Position numbers and translations under genes: made by a program
In this document: one piece after another, positions 1 through 11,600 of the stretch
Layout of the letters: each line of letters opens with the position of its first letter
Position numbering within the stretch: the first letter of the stretch is position 1
IMG/VR virus record: IMGVR_UViG_3300014697_000001
Span: 160,001 to 224,000 of that record
Origin: a virus
Taxonomy: Duplodnaviria; Caudoviricetes
DNA length: 64,000 nucleotides
Strand: one strand, 5' to 3'
Notes under the pieces: model-generated
What the model was told of the DNA's origin: nothing
Databases searched by the model: none
Seen by the model: the letters and a program-made list of their open reading frames with translations, nothing else

Positions 1-515
1 CCTGCAACCATGATGAACGGCATCAGTGGAATCGTTGCCACTGTACCTACCGCCCAACCCAAGGTGTAGAAGAACCCTGGTGCACGACCAGTCCGTGCCA
101 TGGACGAGGCAGGAACCGAGTAATAGTTGGTGTAGAACTGAGTCAGGCTGTTGAACTGCGGAAAGCCCATGCGAAAGTGTACAACCTGCATGTTGTCGTC
201 AATCTTCTCGCTGTAGGTACGGCCCATGCCATTACACCCTTTCGGGTCAGTGCTGGTGCTGCGCGATACCTTCGGGAGCAGGGTCGATGATCCTCGACCG
301 TGCTGATTGACAAACAGGTTGTGTTTCAGGTCTGCATACCGAGTGAACTGAGGGAGAGGGTTAATGACAAAGTTTCCACCTAGGGTGGTGTCGTTGGCCT
401 TCTGCATCGAGGTGGAATAAATTCGGTTGACGACCGCAGCATTACCCCCGATGATGGTATCGGCAGGCAGCAAGAAGGCTGATTTAACCCAACTGTCGTC
501 GAGGATATTGTCCAT
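1..515 (-). CDS. Virion baseplate/tail-associated protein, N-terminal part (phiKZ gp182-like); runs off the window edge
   Basis: Open frame from ATG at 515 with GAGG RBS (MDNILDDSWVKSAFLLP...DTTLGGNFVINPLPQFTRYADL). Lies directly downstream of the gp181-like gene, as in phiKZ-like phages. Not in the ORF track. Confidence 0.6.
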   Translation of the reverse strand, partial: MDNILDDSWVKSAFLLPADTIIGGNAAVVNRIYSTSMQKANDTTLGGNFVINPLPQFTRYADLKHNLFVNQHGRGSSTLLPKVSRSTSTDPKGCNGMGRTYSEKIDDNMQVVHFRMGFPQFNSLTQFYTNYYSVPASSMARTGRAPGFFYTLGWAVGTVATIPLMPFIMVA

Positions 516-527
516 GGGTGACCTCTT

Positions 528-570
528 AAAAATAGAAAAAGAGAGTGAGGGGATTGCTCCCCTCACTCTA
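528..570 (-). terminator. Intrinsic terminator after the tape-measure gene
   Basis: AGAGTGAGGGGA-TTGC-TCCCCTCACTCT hairpin; the A-rich run on its left is a U-tract on the minus strand. Confidence 0.7.
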
Positions 571-573
571 TGG

Positions 574-3500
574 TTACGCCATCCGCCCTACGGAGACCGT
601 CCCTTTCGGAGCGGGCCGTGTGGCATTGATACTGGGGTTCTGTCGAGTGGTGGAATTGGCCATCAGCTCACTTTTACCAGAGGTGACTCCGGGTGTGGGC
701 ATGGCGCCACCTTTGACCAGACTTACCAGGGTGATCAGTTGCTCCAGCTGCGATTCGTTAACACTGATCAGACGACCGATGTTAGCTTCAGCACCACCGA
801 ATGTATCGGCATTGGCTCGAGTCTGCGGGGCAGTCTGAGCTTCTGCAGTACGTGCAGCCACGGCCAAGGGTGCAATGGTAGACTGGGTCTGCCGTGCGTC
901 GGCCTGTTCGGTGAGACTGGTCGCGGAAGGTGCACTCTGGTTCTCTGCCACAGTATTTGTTGCAGGTGCTGTTTCAACAGGCTTAACCATCGATGGCATT
1001 GTACCATCAGCGGTAACTGCCACTGACTCAGTTGCCGCAGTTGCCTCCACTGGACCTGCGGCTCCTCCAGCATTGCCTGCGGCGGTTTCGCTGGCAGCGA
1101 GTACAGGCGAACCTGTCAGCAGCCCTTGGGCCACTTGACCTGCGTCTTGTTTCCGATGCTTCGTCAACTTCTTATCGAAGTCGTTGTAGACATCAGCCAC
1201 GGTACGCGGTTGGCCATTGCGATTGTAGAAGATCGCGGGGTTTGATTTTGCCTGAGCTTGCCCCACATGGTTGATCGCAAGATCGCCCGGAGGTGCACTC
1301 AAGAATTTCTTCGCCCCACCTGGACCTAGGAAGTGTGCCAAGTAGACGTCAGTGTCCGTGATGCCACGGTTCACCACCTTCTTGATGGTGTCGACGTTTT
1401 CCCGGATGTACTCAAGGCCCAACAGGGCGTTTGCCCGTGGATCGTGCTGCGTGGTGTTAGGGTTGATCCCGTACTTGCTGGCGTACTTTGCCATCAGTCC
1501 TTTCCAAGTGCCGTTGATGACCTGGTAGTAACTGGCAGCCGAAGAGAGCACACCGGCGGAGGGGTTGCGTGGGTTCTTGTACGGCAATGCATTAGGTCTG
1601 TAGTTAGATTCAACACCGGCAATACTAGCAGCCAGTGCTGGATCGACCCCGACCATGTTGGCAGCTGCCATCAAGGTAGCCCGGTTCGCTTCCCACCCAT
1701 CGCCTTGCGGTTCTGGGATGTCGTTGATGTTACCGCCTGTGCCACCACCAGGATGACTGACGGGTGTTCCAGTCTTCAGTGTCGATGCACCCCCAGGTGC
1801 AGCGGGTTGACCGCTGCTGTTGATAGACCCCTGTTGTTCAGGCTTGCTACCAAATCCGAAGAAGTCCTTTGTCTTCGACCACCAACTGCCCCCATTCTCC
1901 TTTTGAGATTCTGGGGTCGCAGAGCCGTTCGGGCCATTGGTTTGTCCCTGTGTGCTCGGTCGGTTGGTTTGGGTGGGATCTTCAGCCAGGAGTTCACCAT
2001 TCTTGCCGCGGGTGCGGCCCTTTTGAATGGCTTCCTCTTCCGACAGGACTTTGTCCTTAATCTTCAAGCTGAGGTTGTACAGGGGTTCCTTGACCGAGTC
2101 ACTGTCCTCATTGAGGTAGTAGCCGGGCCATGGGCTCGCTGTAATCTCCCAGACCGAGATACCGGCATTGTCCCGTGCCGTGGCCGTTTCACGAAGCACT
2201 TCCATCAACTGCTCAGGTGCCAGTCGGTCGTCGGCAGTTTGCGCATCGATGTTAGCGCGCGCCCTCACCCCAGTGCAGAAGGCCAGGTATGCCGGCAGGA
2301 AACGACGATGGAACCAAATGTAGCACCGATCAGCCTCTTCCCCGATGGGGGAGAATATCTTCTCTGCCCGCAACATCCCGGCACTAACATCAGCCAGTTC
2401 AGCTTGGCCATCCTTGTTGTAGCGTGTGGTAGCAAAGCAGTAAGCTTCAAGTGCAGCCAATTGATTGACTTTACTTTCGACCATCTCGGTCAGGCCGTAG
2501 ACACGATAGCGGACAGACCGCCCGTCAGTCAAAGCCTTAGACGATTTATTGATCGCAGCAATCACTGCCGCACCTGCACCCATGATGGCAGTGGCGCCGG
2601 TAGGGTCGTAGCTTGCCTTCACCATCCCAGTGACATTGGCCGTCGTGGTTTTGCTCTGGTTATTCAGCGGTTGTGGCGGTGGAGTAGCCGAGGTGGTCGA
2701 TGGGCTTTGCAGTTCTGCTTTGGCTTTCGCTGCTGCTTCCTTGCGTGCCGCACCATCGTGGCCAGGGAACATCCCTGCAGCGGCTGCGTTTGTCTTGGCC
2801 ACGGTATCGACTGCAGACTTCACAGCCTTGGCTTCGATTTCTCGCTTGACATCCTTGACAATCTTTTCCACGCCGCTGGCATCCATTTCCAGCTCATCAT
2901 CCTCGAACGGACTGATCATGGCATTAAGGACTTCGGGGCGCTCACTCATGGCGACCTTACCCACAAACTCCAGCGCCACCTTACCGGTCAGCTTCTCGTC
3001 GATCTTGACTAGGTCAAACGACTTGTTCAGCATGTGGTAGTTGCCAATCCAGTTCAAGTACACCGCCGCAAAACGACCGGTCACAAACGCCTTGACGCGC
3101 TGGAACAGTTCGTTTTCTGAGGGTGGGACATCCATGTTGATCTTGAACATCTGGGCAATGGGTTCGAACGACATGCTCTGCATGTCCACTTGCGCCTTCC
3201 CTGTTGGGTCAACGGTTGTGTACTTGCCCACGTACTCTTCCAGTTGCAGCAGGGTCTTCAGTTCATCCGTATCAGGTTGCGGATCGATGCCGTACTGCGC
3301 CATCCGAAGACGCGTCAGTGGCGGAACCTTTTCCTTGACGAACGAGTACACCATGGCACCCACGGCTACGGCAGCACCCCCGATCGCCAGCCCTGCGAGT
3401 ACCGGAGCACTGACCAGACCAGCCGCACCCAAGAGAGCACCAGCAGCCATGCGAGCACCTGTCCCCAACACAGTACGGGTCAGGGGATTAGTCAGAATGC

Positions 3501-6500
3501 GCCCAGCAAGCTTTGCAGCACCCCAGGTTCCCTTACCCATGAGCTTGGTTGCACCCCAACCCAACTTAGCCGCACCGCCGATTCCCTTAGCACCCAGCTT
3601 CAATCCTTTGCCGAAGATCCCCATCTTATCAAGCGCCCGTCCCCCAAAGTTCATCAGCTTACCGAGTTTACCGGTTCGCTTAGCACGGCGCTTATTCTTG
3701 CGGTCTTTCTTACTCTCGCCATCGCCACCACCGAAGAAGTCGCCGAGACCACCCAACCATCCACCCCCACCGCCTTCTTCGTCGCCTTCCCCACCTTGGA
3801 GTTTGGCCATCAGTGCAGCAAGTGGACCACCTTTACTAAAGAGTCCACCGATGCCATCGGATTTTCCTTTGATCTTGTCCTTAAGGTCGTCTTTCATTCC
3901 TTTGGCTCTCGAAGCCAGGTCCTGGAACGATCCCTTACGGACTTTTTCGCGGGTGACTTCCTGCAAGGTCTGATACTGAAGCTGCACGTTGCGCAGCGCC
4001 AGCGTCAACATGTCCTCGTTATGGTCTCCGGTCAGCTCACTGGAAATATCAGCACCCATCTTACCTTTGAGCCTGCGCATCAGACGATTAATGCGAGGTC
4101 TGAAGGTACGCTTCTGGCGCTTCAGTTCCTTGCCTGCCTGGTCCAGGTGGGGGCTGGCTGCAGTCGCCAATTTGTTGGACTGATCGATGATATACCGACC
4201 TGCCTCACCGGTCATCTGACCTGCCTTTGAACTGGCAAACCGGAACTTAAGGTCTGCAGCGCGCTTGATCAGCTTCCCTTTCTTGTCAGCGATGTAACCG
4301 CTTTCCATGAAGTCGTTGTACCGCATGACCGTCTTGCCCTTGAGGTCGACGACATCGCTCTGAATCTCTTCCAAGTGCTTGAGGATCGCACCGGTGGCTT
4401 TGTCGCGGTACTCGCCAGCTTTAAGCTTGGCTTCAGTGATCAAGGGATGATCATCGCCTTGGAGCCAGATATCCTTACCCAGCTCCTTGGCTTTGTCGAA
4501 TTTCTCATTACCACGTTTCCAGACATCGGATGCCCGATCACCGGCAACATTGCGGTAATGCTTGAAGCGTTCGGAGAGGTTCTGGGTAGCCCCTTGCACC
4601 TTTCCTGCCATCCCTTCCATGGCCCCGCCCTGACAACAGCACAATCCTTTTGTACTGAGTTGCTTGAGTAGCTCAACCGTCTCACTGTGAAAATCTCGCG
4701 ATTCACGGATCAAAGTCAGGAGGGTGGACTTATCCCCTAGGTAGCGCTCTAGTCCGGTCTTTCGACCGAGGCTCTGCGCCGCGCCAGCGGAAGATACATC
4801 AGCTCGAGCAGCCCGCGAGGCATGATCACCAGCAGGATTAATAAGCTTTGCAATACGACCAGGCAGGAGATCACGCAGATTATCGCCATCCTTGCGACCT
4901 TGCGGAGTTCCTGTTTCACCTGATTCACCGTCGGAGTCGTCATCGAGAATGTTGCTCCAATATTTGTTGAAATCAATGGTGTCTTCGCGGCCATCCCGGC
5001 GTATGAAGCCAAGTTCTCTAAGGGTGTCTTTACCAACTAGGTCTCCGAGGATGCGGGTCCTGTCGCCTATCGCAGGTACCATGCTGGACATGCGATAGAA
5101 GTGATCGGCAATGTCATTGAAGCGCTTACGCCCCTCGATGGACATGTCAGTGCGATTGCCGTTCTCATCCAACCCGAATGCATCGATTACCGCTTCGGTG
5201 ATTTCCTCCACCACCCCCGGTTCTTCACCTGGGTAGTTGTCGGGATCGGACAACCGGTCGGGTTTCAGGTCGCGTCCGTTAGCCAACTCGTCGAGCAGCT
5301 TCAGTTTGAGCACTCGCTGTGCGCGCGTAGACATCCCGTCGGCGCCAATCATCTTCAGGAAGTCATCAGCGGCAGCGCGTAGACTTTCACGTTCTTGACG
5401 TGGCATCAGCGTGCGTTGGATATCCTTCAGTTGATCTTTGCGGCTAGTGAAACCACCCCGAGCAAGGTTATAGACCTGCTTCTCGCCCTCTTCGCCTCGA
5501 GCGAGGGTTTTGGTCCAGTGAGCAATTTCAGACAGGTAACCTGGAATCACTTCGATCAATGAACGGCGTGAGAGTTTATCAAACGTCGCCATCTCATCGA
5601 GGGATTCAATCGAATCCCCACCAGTTCGTGCATCCAGACTAAATTGCGGCAAAAAGCTCTTGAAGACTTTGCCTATCACTGACTTGAAGCCATAACCTTC
5701 GTTGTCAGATTGACTTTGCGCGTATTCGTTGACTTTCTGCGGCAGGCCGCTGAATATACCTCTGAGTTTTTCACCACCCATTGCAATACGCTTGTTCTTC
5801 GCCAGGAATGGCGCGATGAACATCGACGCGTGATCGCGAGCTGCCCCGGCGGCAGTCGCGCCGAGGGTCTGACCTGCCAGATAGCTCTTATCCATGCCCT
5901 CGGTCATGCTGCGGGCTTCCTTGATTGGATCAAGGAAACCGCTGACCATGCCTTGGACGTTGGACATCATCTGTTTGGTGTAATTTTGCGACCAATTTGA
6001 AATCGAGTTAAGACCATTTCCCAGGAGTCGTTGTTTGGCCAACTGACCAAACATTTCACTGCCACGAATCTTAACCGCCTCAGGGAGCGCGGTGTTGTGG
6101 CGGATGGTTTCAAGTAATTGTTGTTGTTTCTGTGTCGCAATGGACATCATGTCCGTCAGTTGCTTGGTGGTCGCGTACTGACGGTAATTCAGTTCCAGCA
6201 TCTTTTGCTGGTAACGAATAGTGACCTTGTCCTGATACCCAACCAACCGTGCCATGCTGCGATTGATGGCATTGAGGGCTTGGATGTTGGACTTAAAGCG
6301 AGCCTGTTCAAGCGCCTTGCGCTCGACGTTCTCAACCGCATCCTGATCAGAACGCTCTTCGTCGGCAGCGGCCTTGGCCTTGAAGATCTCAGCCAGCGCA
6401 GCCAGCTCACTCTCTTCCTGTTCTCGACGGTACTGGGCTTCGGAGGTGACCTTGTAGTCTTCATCTTCTTCCAGGGCGTTGTTCAGGCGGTCTGCGACTT

Positions 6501-6864
6501 TCTTAGGCAGAACCTTATTTCCCAGAAGGTTCATGGCCTTTCGGCCAAACCTCTTACTGCTGCGAACCAGTTCTGGAGAATCCCCGGTTACCTTATCGTA
6601 TAGTGAGCGGGTGTCGGTTGCGATATTCTCGAGTGTGTCAGCTGCCAGCGAATACCCTTCAGGCATTGCCAGCGACATAGCGGTCCTGAGGCTAGATGCA
6701 CTGGTCAGTTCGTTTTTAGCGCCGTGTACTACGCCTTTGAGCACACGCTCGATGGGTTTGCGGGAAGAGCTATCCTCCACACCTTCGCCATCAAATTCAG
6801 GGACGTCGAAGTCGAAACTATCGAGGTCGAGGTCGTCCAAATTGATTTCGTCTTTCTTAGCCAT
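574..6864 (-). CDS. Tape-measure-like virion protein with C-terminal lytic transglycosylase (phiKZ gp181-like)
   Basis: 2096 aa with a long helical N-terminus and a Gly/Ala hydrophobic stretch. SLT motifs IAGVES, SSAASYYQVINGTW, DPRANALLG and YLAHFLGPGGA. Divergent from the vRNAP beta-prime gene, as in phiKZ. Confidence 0.85.
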   Translation of the reverse strand: MAKKDEINLDDLDLDSFDFDVPEFDGEGVEDSSSRKPIERVLKGVVHGAKNELTSASSLRTAMSLAMPEGYSLAADTLENIATDTRSLYDKVTGDSPELVRSSKRFGRKAMNLLGNKVLPKKVADRLNNALEEDEDYKVTSEAQYRREQEESELAALAEIFKAKAAADEERSDQDAVENVERKALEQARFKSNIQALNAINRSMARLVGYQDKVTIRYQQKMLELNYRQYATTKQLTDMMSIATQKQQQLLETIRHNTALPEAVKIRGSEMFGQLAKQRLLGNGLNSISNWSQNYTKQMMSNVQGMVSGFLDPIKEARSMTEGMDKSYLAGQTLGATAAGAARDHASMFIAPFLAKNKRIAMGGEKLRGIFSGLPQKVNEYAQSQSDNEGYGFKSVIGKVFKSFLPQFSLDARTGGDSIESLDEMATFDKLSRRSLIEVIPGYLSEIAHWTKTLARGEEGEKQVYNLARGGFTSRKDQLKDIQRTLMPRQERESLRAAADDFLKMIGADGMSTRAQRVLKLKLLDELANGRDLKPDRLSDPDNYPGEEPGVVEEITEAVIDAFGLDENGNRTDMSIEGRKRFNDIADHFYRMSSMVPAIGDRTRILGDLVGKDTLRELGFIRRDGREDTIDFNKYWSNILDDDSDGESGETGTPQGRKDGDNLRDLLPGRIAKLINPAGDHASRAARADVSSAGAAQSLGRKTGLERYLGDKSTLLTLIRESRDFHSETVELLKQLSTKGLCCCQGGAMEGMAGKVQGATQNLSERFKHYRNVAGDRASDVWKRGNEKFDKAKELGKDIWLQGDDHPLITEAKLKAGEYRDKATGAILKHLEEIQSDVVDLKGKTVMRYNDFMESGYIADKKGKLIKRAADLKFRFASSKAGQMTGEAGRYIIDQSNKLATAASPHLDQAGKELKRQKRTFRPRINRLMRRLKGKMGADISSELTGDHNEDMLTLALRNVQLQYQTLQEVTREKVRKGSFQDLASRAKGMKDDLKDKIKGKSDGIGGLFSKGGPLAALMAKLQGGEGDEEGGGGGWLGGLGDFFGGGDGESKKDRKNKRRAKRTGKLGKLMNFGGRALDKMGIFGKGLKLGAKGIGGAAKLGWGATKLMGKGTWGAAKLAGRILTNPLTRTVLGTGARMAAGALLGAAGLVSAPVLAGLAIGGAAVAVGAMVYSFVKEKVPPLTRLRMAQYGIDPQPDTDELKTLLQLEEYVGKYTTVDPTGKAQVDMQSMSFEPIAQMFKINMDVPPSENELFQRVKAFVTGRFAAVYLNWIGNYHMLNKSFDLVKIDEKLTGKVALEFVGKVAMSERPEVLNAMISPFEDDELEMDASGVEKIVKDVKREIEAKAVKSAVDTVAKTNAAAAGMFPGHDGAARKEAAAKAKAELQSPSTTSATPPPQPLNNQSKTTTANVTGMVKASYDPTGATAIMGAGAAVIAAINKSSKALTDGRSVRYRVYGLTEMVESKVNQLAALEAYCFATTRYNKDGQAELADVSAGMLRAEKIFSPIGEEADRCYIWFHRRFLPAYLAFCTGVRARANIDAQTADDRLAPEQLMEVLRETATARDNAGISVWEITASPWPGYYLNEDSDSVKEPLYNLSLKIKDKVLSEEEAIQKGRTRGKNGELLAEDPTQTNRPSTQGQTNGPNGSATPESQKENGGSWWSKTKDFFGFGSKPEQQGSINSSGQPAAPGGASTLKTGTPVSHPGGGTGGNINDIPEPQGDGWEANRATLMAAANMVGVDPALAASIAGVESNYRPNALPYKNPRNPSAGVLSSAASYYQVINGTWKGLMAKYASKYGINPNTTQHDPRANALLGLEYIRENVDTIKKVVNRGITDTDVYLAHFLGPGGAKKFLSAPPGDLAINHVGQAQAKSNPAIFYNRNGQPRTVADVYNDFDKKLTKHRKQDAGQVAQGLLTGSPVLAASETAAGNAGGAAGPVEATAATESVAVTADGTMPSMVKPVETAPATNTVAENQSAPSATSLTEQADARQTQSTIAPLAVAARTAEAQTAPQTRANADTFGGAEANIGRLISVNESQLEQLITLVSLVKGGAMPTPGVTSGKSELMANSTTRQNPSINATRPAPKGTVSVGRMA

Positions 6865-6934
6865 GGCCTAGATACTCCACGCAGGCTTTAAATAAGATTA
6901 GCCTTCTTTCATACCAACTGTTGGAAATCCCACT

Positions 6935-8578
6935 ATGAATTACGCAGAGATTCCGGCCAAGGTCTGGCCAATGGTCCTGACTAAAGAACGGGTCAGTCGC
7001 TTGACCCCGGTCACCAGCCTTGATATCTACGATGGGGCCAGCAGTGAATTTCACGATGAAGGACTGTATTCAACCCGGATCTTCGGTCGGGTGGGTTCAG
7101 ATCAACGCGAAACCACCTTTTCCTACATTAACCTCAAGGTCCGGGTGTTTCACCCCAAGATCTTCAGGGACCTGATGAGCCTGAAAGGCATTTACCGCGG
7201 GATCGTCAGTGGGCGGGAGACCGCCATTTTTGACCCGGTGTCCAAGGATTTCGTTGCAGACAAGTCCGAGAAGGCTGAAACCGGTTACAGCTTCTTTGTT
7301 CGTCACTTCCATGAACTGCAGCTGCGCAAGAGCAAGTCACCGACCCGCCAGATGCGCGTTGAGTTCATTAATCAGTGGCGTGATACCGCATTGGGGCAGT
7401 ACTTGCCGATTATTCCGGCTGGGATGCGTGACCTTGAGATCAATGACAACGGTGTGGTCTCTAAGAACGAGATCCATGACTTGTATTACCGGGCACTGTC
7501 AATCAGTAACACCATCCCGATTAGCAGCGACATGGAATCACCCGCCCTGGACATTGCCCGTAACGCACTGACCAACTGCCTGATGGAAATCTACGACCTC
7601 ATCGAGGGTATGTTGTCCGGTAAGAATGGTCTTATTCTGGACAAGTGGGCCAGCCGTCGGGTGGCTTACGGTACCCGGAACGTCCTGACCGTAATGGACA
7701 CCTCCATTGCCAACTTGGACGACACCAATGCACCGGGTTTCGATGCCACGACCCTTGGCCTGTTTCAGGTCATCAAGGGACTGACCCCAGTCACCATCCA
7801 CCACCTACGTAACCTGGTAGAGCCGTTGATCAACCCAGGGGAAGGTCAAGCCCGGCTGATTGACAAGGAGACCCTCCGTCCCAAATGGGTAACGCTGTCA
7901 CCCGAAACCCGTGATCTGTGGACCACCCGTGATGGATTGGAGCGGATCATCGATCGCTACCAGATGATGGATGTGCGTCATCGGGCTATTGAGGTGGAGG
8001 GGAATTATCTGGCCCTGATCTATAAAGGTCCGGACATGACGTTCAAGATCTTCCACGATCTGCATGACATGCCTGCCGAGCTTAACCGCGATCATGTCCA
8101 CCCCATCAACTTGGTGGAGTTGCTCTACCTCTGTGGTTACAAACACTGGAACCGGTATTTTGCCCAGATCAGTCGTTACCCCATTTCTGGTAACCGCTCG
8201 ATCTATGCGAGCCGCATCTATGTCAAGACAACCATCGTGGGTGAGAAGCGGACTGAACTCGACGATAACTGGGAACCCTATCCAGAAGATCATGTCGCCC
8301 TTGAGTTTCCATTGACTGGATCGACGTCCTATATGGACAGTCAGAGTCCCCACTCAACGAAGCTTGTCGGTCTGGGTGCTGACTTTGACGGTGACACTGG
8401 TTCTGCAACCTTGGTGATGAGTAATGAAGCCTTGGATGAAAACGACAAACTGCTCAGCAGTCGCCAGTATTGGGTCGACACCGACGGCAGTCTGCTTTCC
8501 TCCTACAACTACGACACCATCAAGTACGTGATTGCCAACATGACGGGTCGCTTCAAACACGGCCGGGCAAAAGCCTAA
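6935..8578 (+). CDS. Virion RNA polymerase beta-prime subunit, N-terminal/catalytic part (phiKZ gp180-like)
   Basis: GLYSTRIFG, LPIIPAGMRD and SRYP motifs plus catalytic GADFDGD; 547 aa. Confidence 0.92.
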   Translation: MNYAEIPAKVWPMVLTKERVSRLTPVTSLDIYDGASSEFHDEGLYSTRIFGRVGSDQRETTFSYINLKVRVFHPKIFRDLMSLKGIYRGIVSGRETAIFDPVSKDFVADKSEKAETGYSFFVRHFHELQLRKSKSPTRQMRVEFINQWRDTALGQYLPIIPAGMRDLEINDNGVVSKNEIHDLYYRALSISNTIPISSDMESPALDIARNALTNCLMEIYDLIEGMLSGKNGLILDKWASRRVAYGTRNVLTVMDTSIANLDDTNAPGFDATTLGLFQVIKGLTPVTIHHLRNLVEPLINPGEGQARLIDKETLRPKWVTLSPETRDLWTTRDGLERIIDRYQMMDVRHRAIEVEGNYLALIYKGPDMTFKIFHDLHDMPAELNRDHVHPINLVELLYLCGYKHWNRYFAQISRYPISGNRSIYASRIYVKTTIVGEKRTELDDNWEPYPEDHVALEFPLTGSTSYMDSQSPHSTKLVGLGADFDGDTGSATLVMSNEALDENDKLLSSRQYWVDTDGSLLSSYNYDTIKYVIANMTGRFKHGRAKA

Positions 8579-8607
8579 GTCGATATGTGAGCGCCAGGAG
8601 ATTTAAC

Positions 8608-11600
8608 ATGGCTGTAATGTTTATTTACGAGCGCTATGAAAAGCTGTTCGGTATTCGACGCTTGGGTGGTCTGGAAAACCCCAAGGTCAGGCCGATCAGT
8701 CGCTTTGCGCTACCGCGTGGTACGGTCTACCACTACATGCCCGTCACCGAGACTGAACTCGGCCCGGCCAATGACGACCCTGCCATCAAGGCGGCCCAGC
8801 GGTTGGTCTTCATTGATCATGTATCTGATCTGTTGGTTAAAGACGGCAATCCCCGGCCGACCTATAAGCTGATTGGTCCGATGATTCAGCAGTATCGGCG
8901 TGAGCACATGTTCATCCGACCTATGCGCGATTACATCGGCAGCACCAAAGAGCTGACCAACATGGTAGTGGTCAACTACGCCATGATCGGACACATGTAC
9001 AAGTATCAGCGTTCGGCTCTGAGTCGGTGGTGGTACTGGAAGAACATTCGTTCCACGCAATGGGAGCGGATCAATCAACTGAAGACCCCTCACGAACGTC
9101 ATCATCTGGTCGTGGTGGATGTCCCTCAGAGCCTGCCAGCCCTGTCGGATCTGCGTAAAGCAGAGCGCAACATGACGCCGATGTTGATGAAAGTATTCAA
9201 CTCACGTGAGCGTCTGGATCTGCTGGATCTGTGGATGTGGTTGGGCGAACACCGTGCCAAGGCGCCAATGGCTAAGTTGGACGAATCGCGCCTACACGAG
9301 ATCGAACTGCTTATTCGCCGCGAGACTGGGTTCCTGACCATCAACTTGGGCTTGCTCAATAGCTGGCGTAAAGCAGATGCCGGTGTCTCTATGGAATCGC
9401 TGACCATCGGTGAACCGGACCCTGAGTTTGACTTCGAGGAGACCTTTGATCGGTATGTCTCGATGGAGAACAATGGTGACATGACGCTGGATGAGGACAT
9501 GCAGGTTTCGATGGAAGCTGCGGCTGGCATTGACCCCAAGATCCTCCAGTTGCGCTTCCTGAAGATGCTGACACGGGTTGTTGCCCAGACCAGTACAGTG
9601 CAGGCCGAAGTTGATCCGGATTTGCTGAATGAATCCCCTGAAGCAGGCGAGGTGGACCCTGAAGAAGCGGCTCAGGCCAAGGAAGAAGCTGACGAAGAAG
9701 CCCGGCTGCTGGAGGAGTCAACCAATCCCGAACTGACCATCGAGGAGGCGGAAGAAGAACTGTCTGAAGAACTCGATGAGCCAGCGACCGACAATACCGA
9801 CACTGTACTCACCGATGAGGACGGGGAGCTAGTGATTGAGGCTGACCAGGATAAACGCGAAAGCGTCGGTCAAGTGGTCGGTACCAGCAACATCGCGCAC
9901 ACCCTGACTAGCAGCATTCAGGCTAAGCTCGATGAGTTGGTGGACAAGGACCTGTATACCGCTGCCCAGTACCGTCGGATGCAGCGTATGGCCGAGTCGT
10001 ACAAGACCATGCCCGATCCGTGGAACACAGGGAAGACTGTGGAAGAGTCGCTGGTCATCACCGATGAAGATCAAATCCTCTCGGCAGCTGACAACTACCC
10101 TAAGACTGACGCGGTGCGTGACGAATCCATGTTGCAATCAACCGTGGAACAGATGGACAGTCAGTACATCGAACGGGTGATGAATAAGGACATTCTCAAT
10201 GCGGTGATGTCCGTTCAGAAAGCCGGTGTAGCAGTTACTGGGTATAAGGTAGAGGTGGTGCAGGATGCGGTCAGTCACTATGAGATCCACAAGATCCAGT
10301 TGACCCCTGTAACGGGAAAACCTTCGACCATCTCGTTCCGGGTGCCGGTCGTTGACAAGCGCGGGGTGTACATCTCCAACGGTCAACGGTATCGGATGCG
10401 GACTCAGAAAGCAGACGTACCTATCCGTAAGGTTAACCCCACCCGTGTAGCATTGACCAGCTACTACAGTAAGTTGTTCGTCGAACGCTCTCAGCGCTCT
10501 GTGTTCAACTACGATGCCTGGATCGGTAAGCAGATTGTCGCCAAGGGTCTTGATCAGACCGATAACGACATCAACAATGTAAAGGTCGCTGACGTAGCGG
10601 ACTTCGGACTTGACCTGCCCACGATTTACACCATCATCGGTAGTCGTGTGATGTCCTTTGAGTCGAATGGACAGTACTGGTTCGATTACAAGAACCGTCA
10701 CCGCAGCCGTGTATTGGACATGGTACAGGTCGAAGCGCTGGAGAACAAGCATCCTGGGATGGTGGTCTGCGGTAAGCGCGACAACGGTTATGTACTGGTG
10801 GACCGTGACAATGCTTTCTACCTGGTTAAGGGTAATGAACAGGTTGAAGAGCTAGGCCATGTCGAAGAGCTGTTTAACCTGAACCGTGAAAAGGCCCCGG
10901 TGGGGATGGCTGAAATCAGCATCTTCGGTAAAACCATGCCGGTTGGAATCGCACTGGCGTATCTGGTCGGGTTTGATCGGTTGCTTGAACTGACCAAAGC
11001 CAGCTTCCGGACGGTCCCTGTTGGAACTCGGCTGCAGATGGGGCCGGATGAGTACGCGTTGAAGTTCCTGGATGAAACGGTGGTGCTCGACAAGACCGAC
11101 GACAAAGTCAGTATGATTTTCGCCGGGTTCGTGCACTATCACAAGCAGATCAAGAGCTTCAGTCGCCACAGCTTCAATGCCAAGGACGTGTACTTCACGG
11201 TGCTGGACGCTAACGGTATCGGGTTGCGGTATTTGCGTGAACTGGACCTGATGAACGCCATGTGGGTCGATCCGATCACCAAGGGCGTACTCGAGTGGAT
11301 GAAAGAACCCACCGAGTATGTGCCATTGTTGCTACGGGCTGTCGAACTGCTGATCAACCGTTATGTCCCAACTGTTGTGGAAGGGGCGGAAGGTCTGATC
11401 GATGGTCTCGAACGAGCCAAGGGCTATGAGCGGATTCCAGGAGCAGTCTATGGGGAACTGGTGCGTTCGATTCGGGTGTATAACTCGCGCAGTGCATCGA
11501 GCAACTCTCAAGTCACCATGAAGCCTCATGAAGTCTGGACCAACATCGTCCAAGACCCGGCGTCGGCACTGGTCGATGACATCAACCCGATTCAGAACCT

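Noticed and set aside
1333-4230. Long plus-strand ORFs (559, 310 and 346 aa) opposite the tape-measure gene
   Set aside because: Antisense shadows; the minus strand carries the SLT motifs
8470-8607. Extended N-terminus of vRNAP beta in the ORF track
   Set aside because: Overlaps the previous gene; the AGGAG RBS supports ATG 8608
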